Shown here one piece after another: positions 63,911 through 64,000 of a DNA stretch of 64,000 nucleotides. The stretch is taken from the NCBI GenBank assembly GCA_002633005.1, contig NMRA01000017.1, positions 937,482 to 1,001,481 of the forward strand, in the 5' to 3' direction. The notes beneath the pieces were generated by a model. It searched no databases and had not been told where the DNA came from. It saw nothing but the letters and a program-made list of their open reading frames with translations. The translations under genes were made by a program, and so were the position numbers. This stretch comes from Phoronis australis (Eukaryota; Animalia; Phoronida). Every line of letters begins with the position of its first letter. Position 1 is the first letter of the stretch.

Positions 63911-64000
63911 GTGTGATGCCTGTATAATTCAAGGTTTATCAAACAGCACAAAATTGTGATGTCAGAGCCTAAAGAAGCTTAGGAAAGCTTCCTGACGAAA

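Noticed and set aside
63894-63971. First coding exon of a downstream gene (MAAPMECDACIIQ...)
   Set aside because: Stops after 25 codons, only a weak donor (CAAG|gtttat), and the window ends; kept only as a low-confidence regulatory cluster.

Overview
AT-rich, intron-containing animal genomic DNA; the repeat landscape and gene content suggest a marine invertebrate (inference, no taxon call made). I assembled the spliced genes by hand from splice sites and reading phase. In order: (1) the last three coding exons of a divergent vinculin/alpha-catenin-family gene (+, 841-2558); (2) a complete 14-exon PGM3 (+, 6622-19446, 542 aa); (3) a two-coding-exon LRR-Ig-TM receptor converging on the PGM3 3' end (-, 20417-22922); (4) a complete 17-exon WDR91 (-, 26414-46927, 789 aa) whose third intron is a U12-type AT-AC intron; (5) an orphan, apparently frameshifted ORF pair (-, 50055-51072); (6) an intronless signal peptide-TSP1-like-F-type lectin-kringle-TM receptor (-, 57471-58574) with a decayed paralog at about 62455-62987. 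Between these lie a decayed L1/Tx1-type LINE, Penelope-like and THAP remnants, a tRNA-headed SINE, several MITEs (two with readable target-site duplications), two multi-copy dispersed repeats and minisatellites. No CRISPR, rRNA or intact tRNA was seen. I found no clearly new multi-gene system; the best leads are the AT-AC intron, the two unusual receptors, the orphan ORF and a covarying RNA stem-loop.
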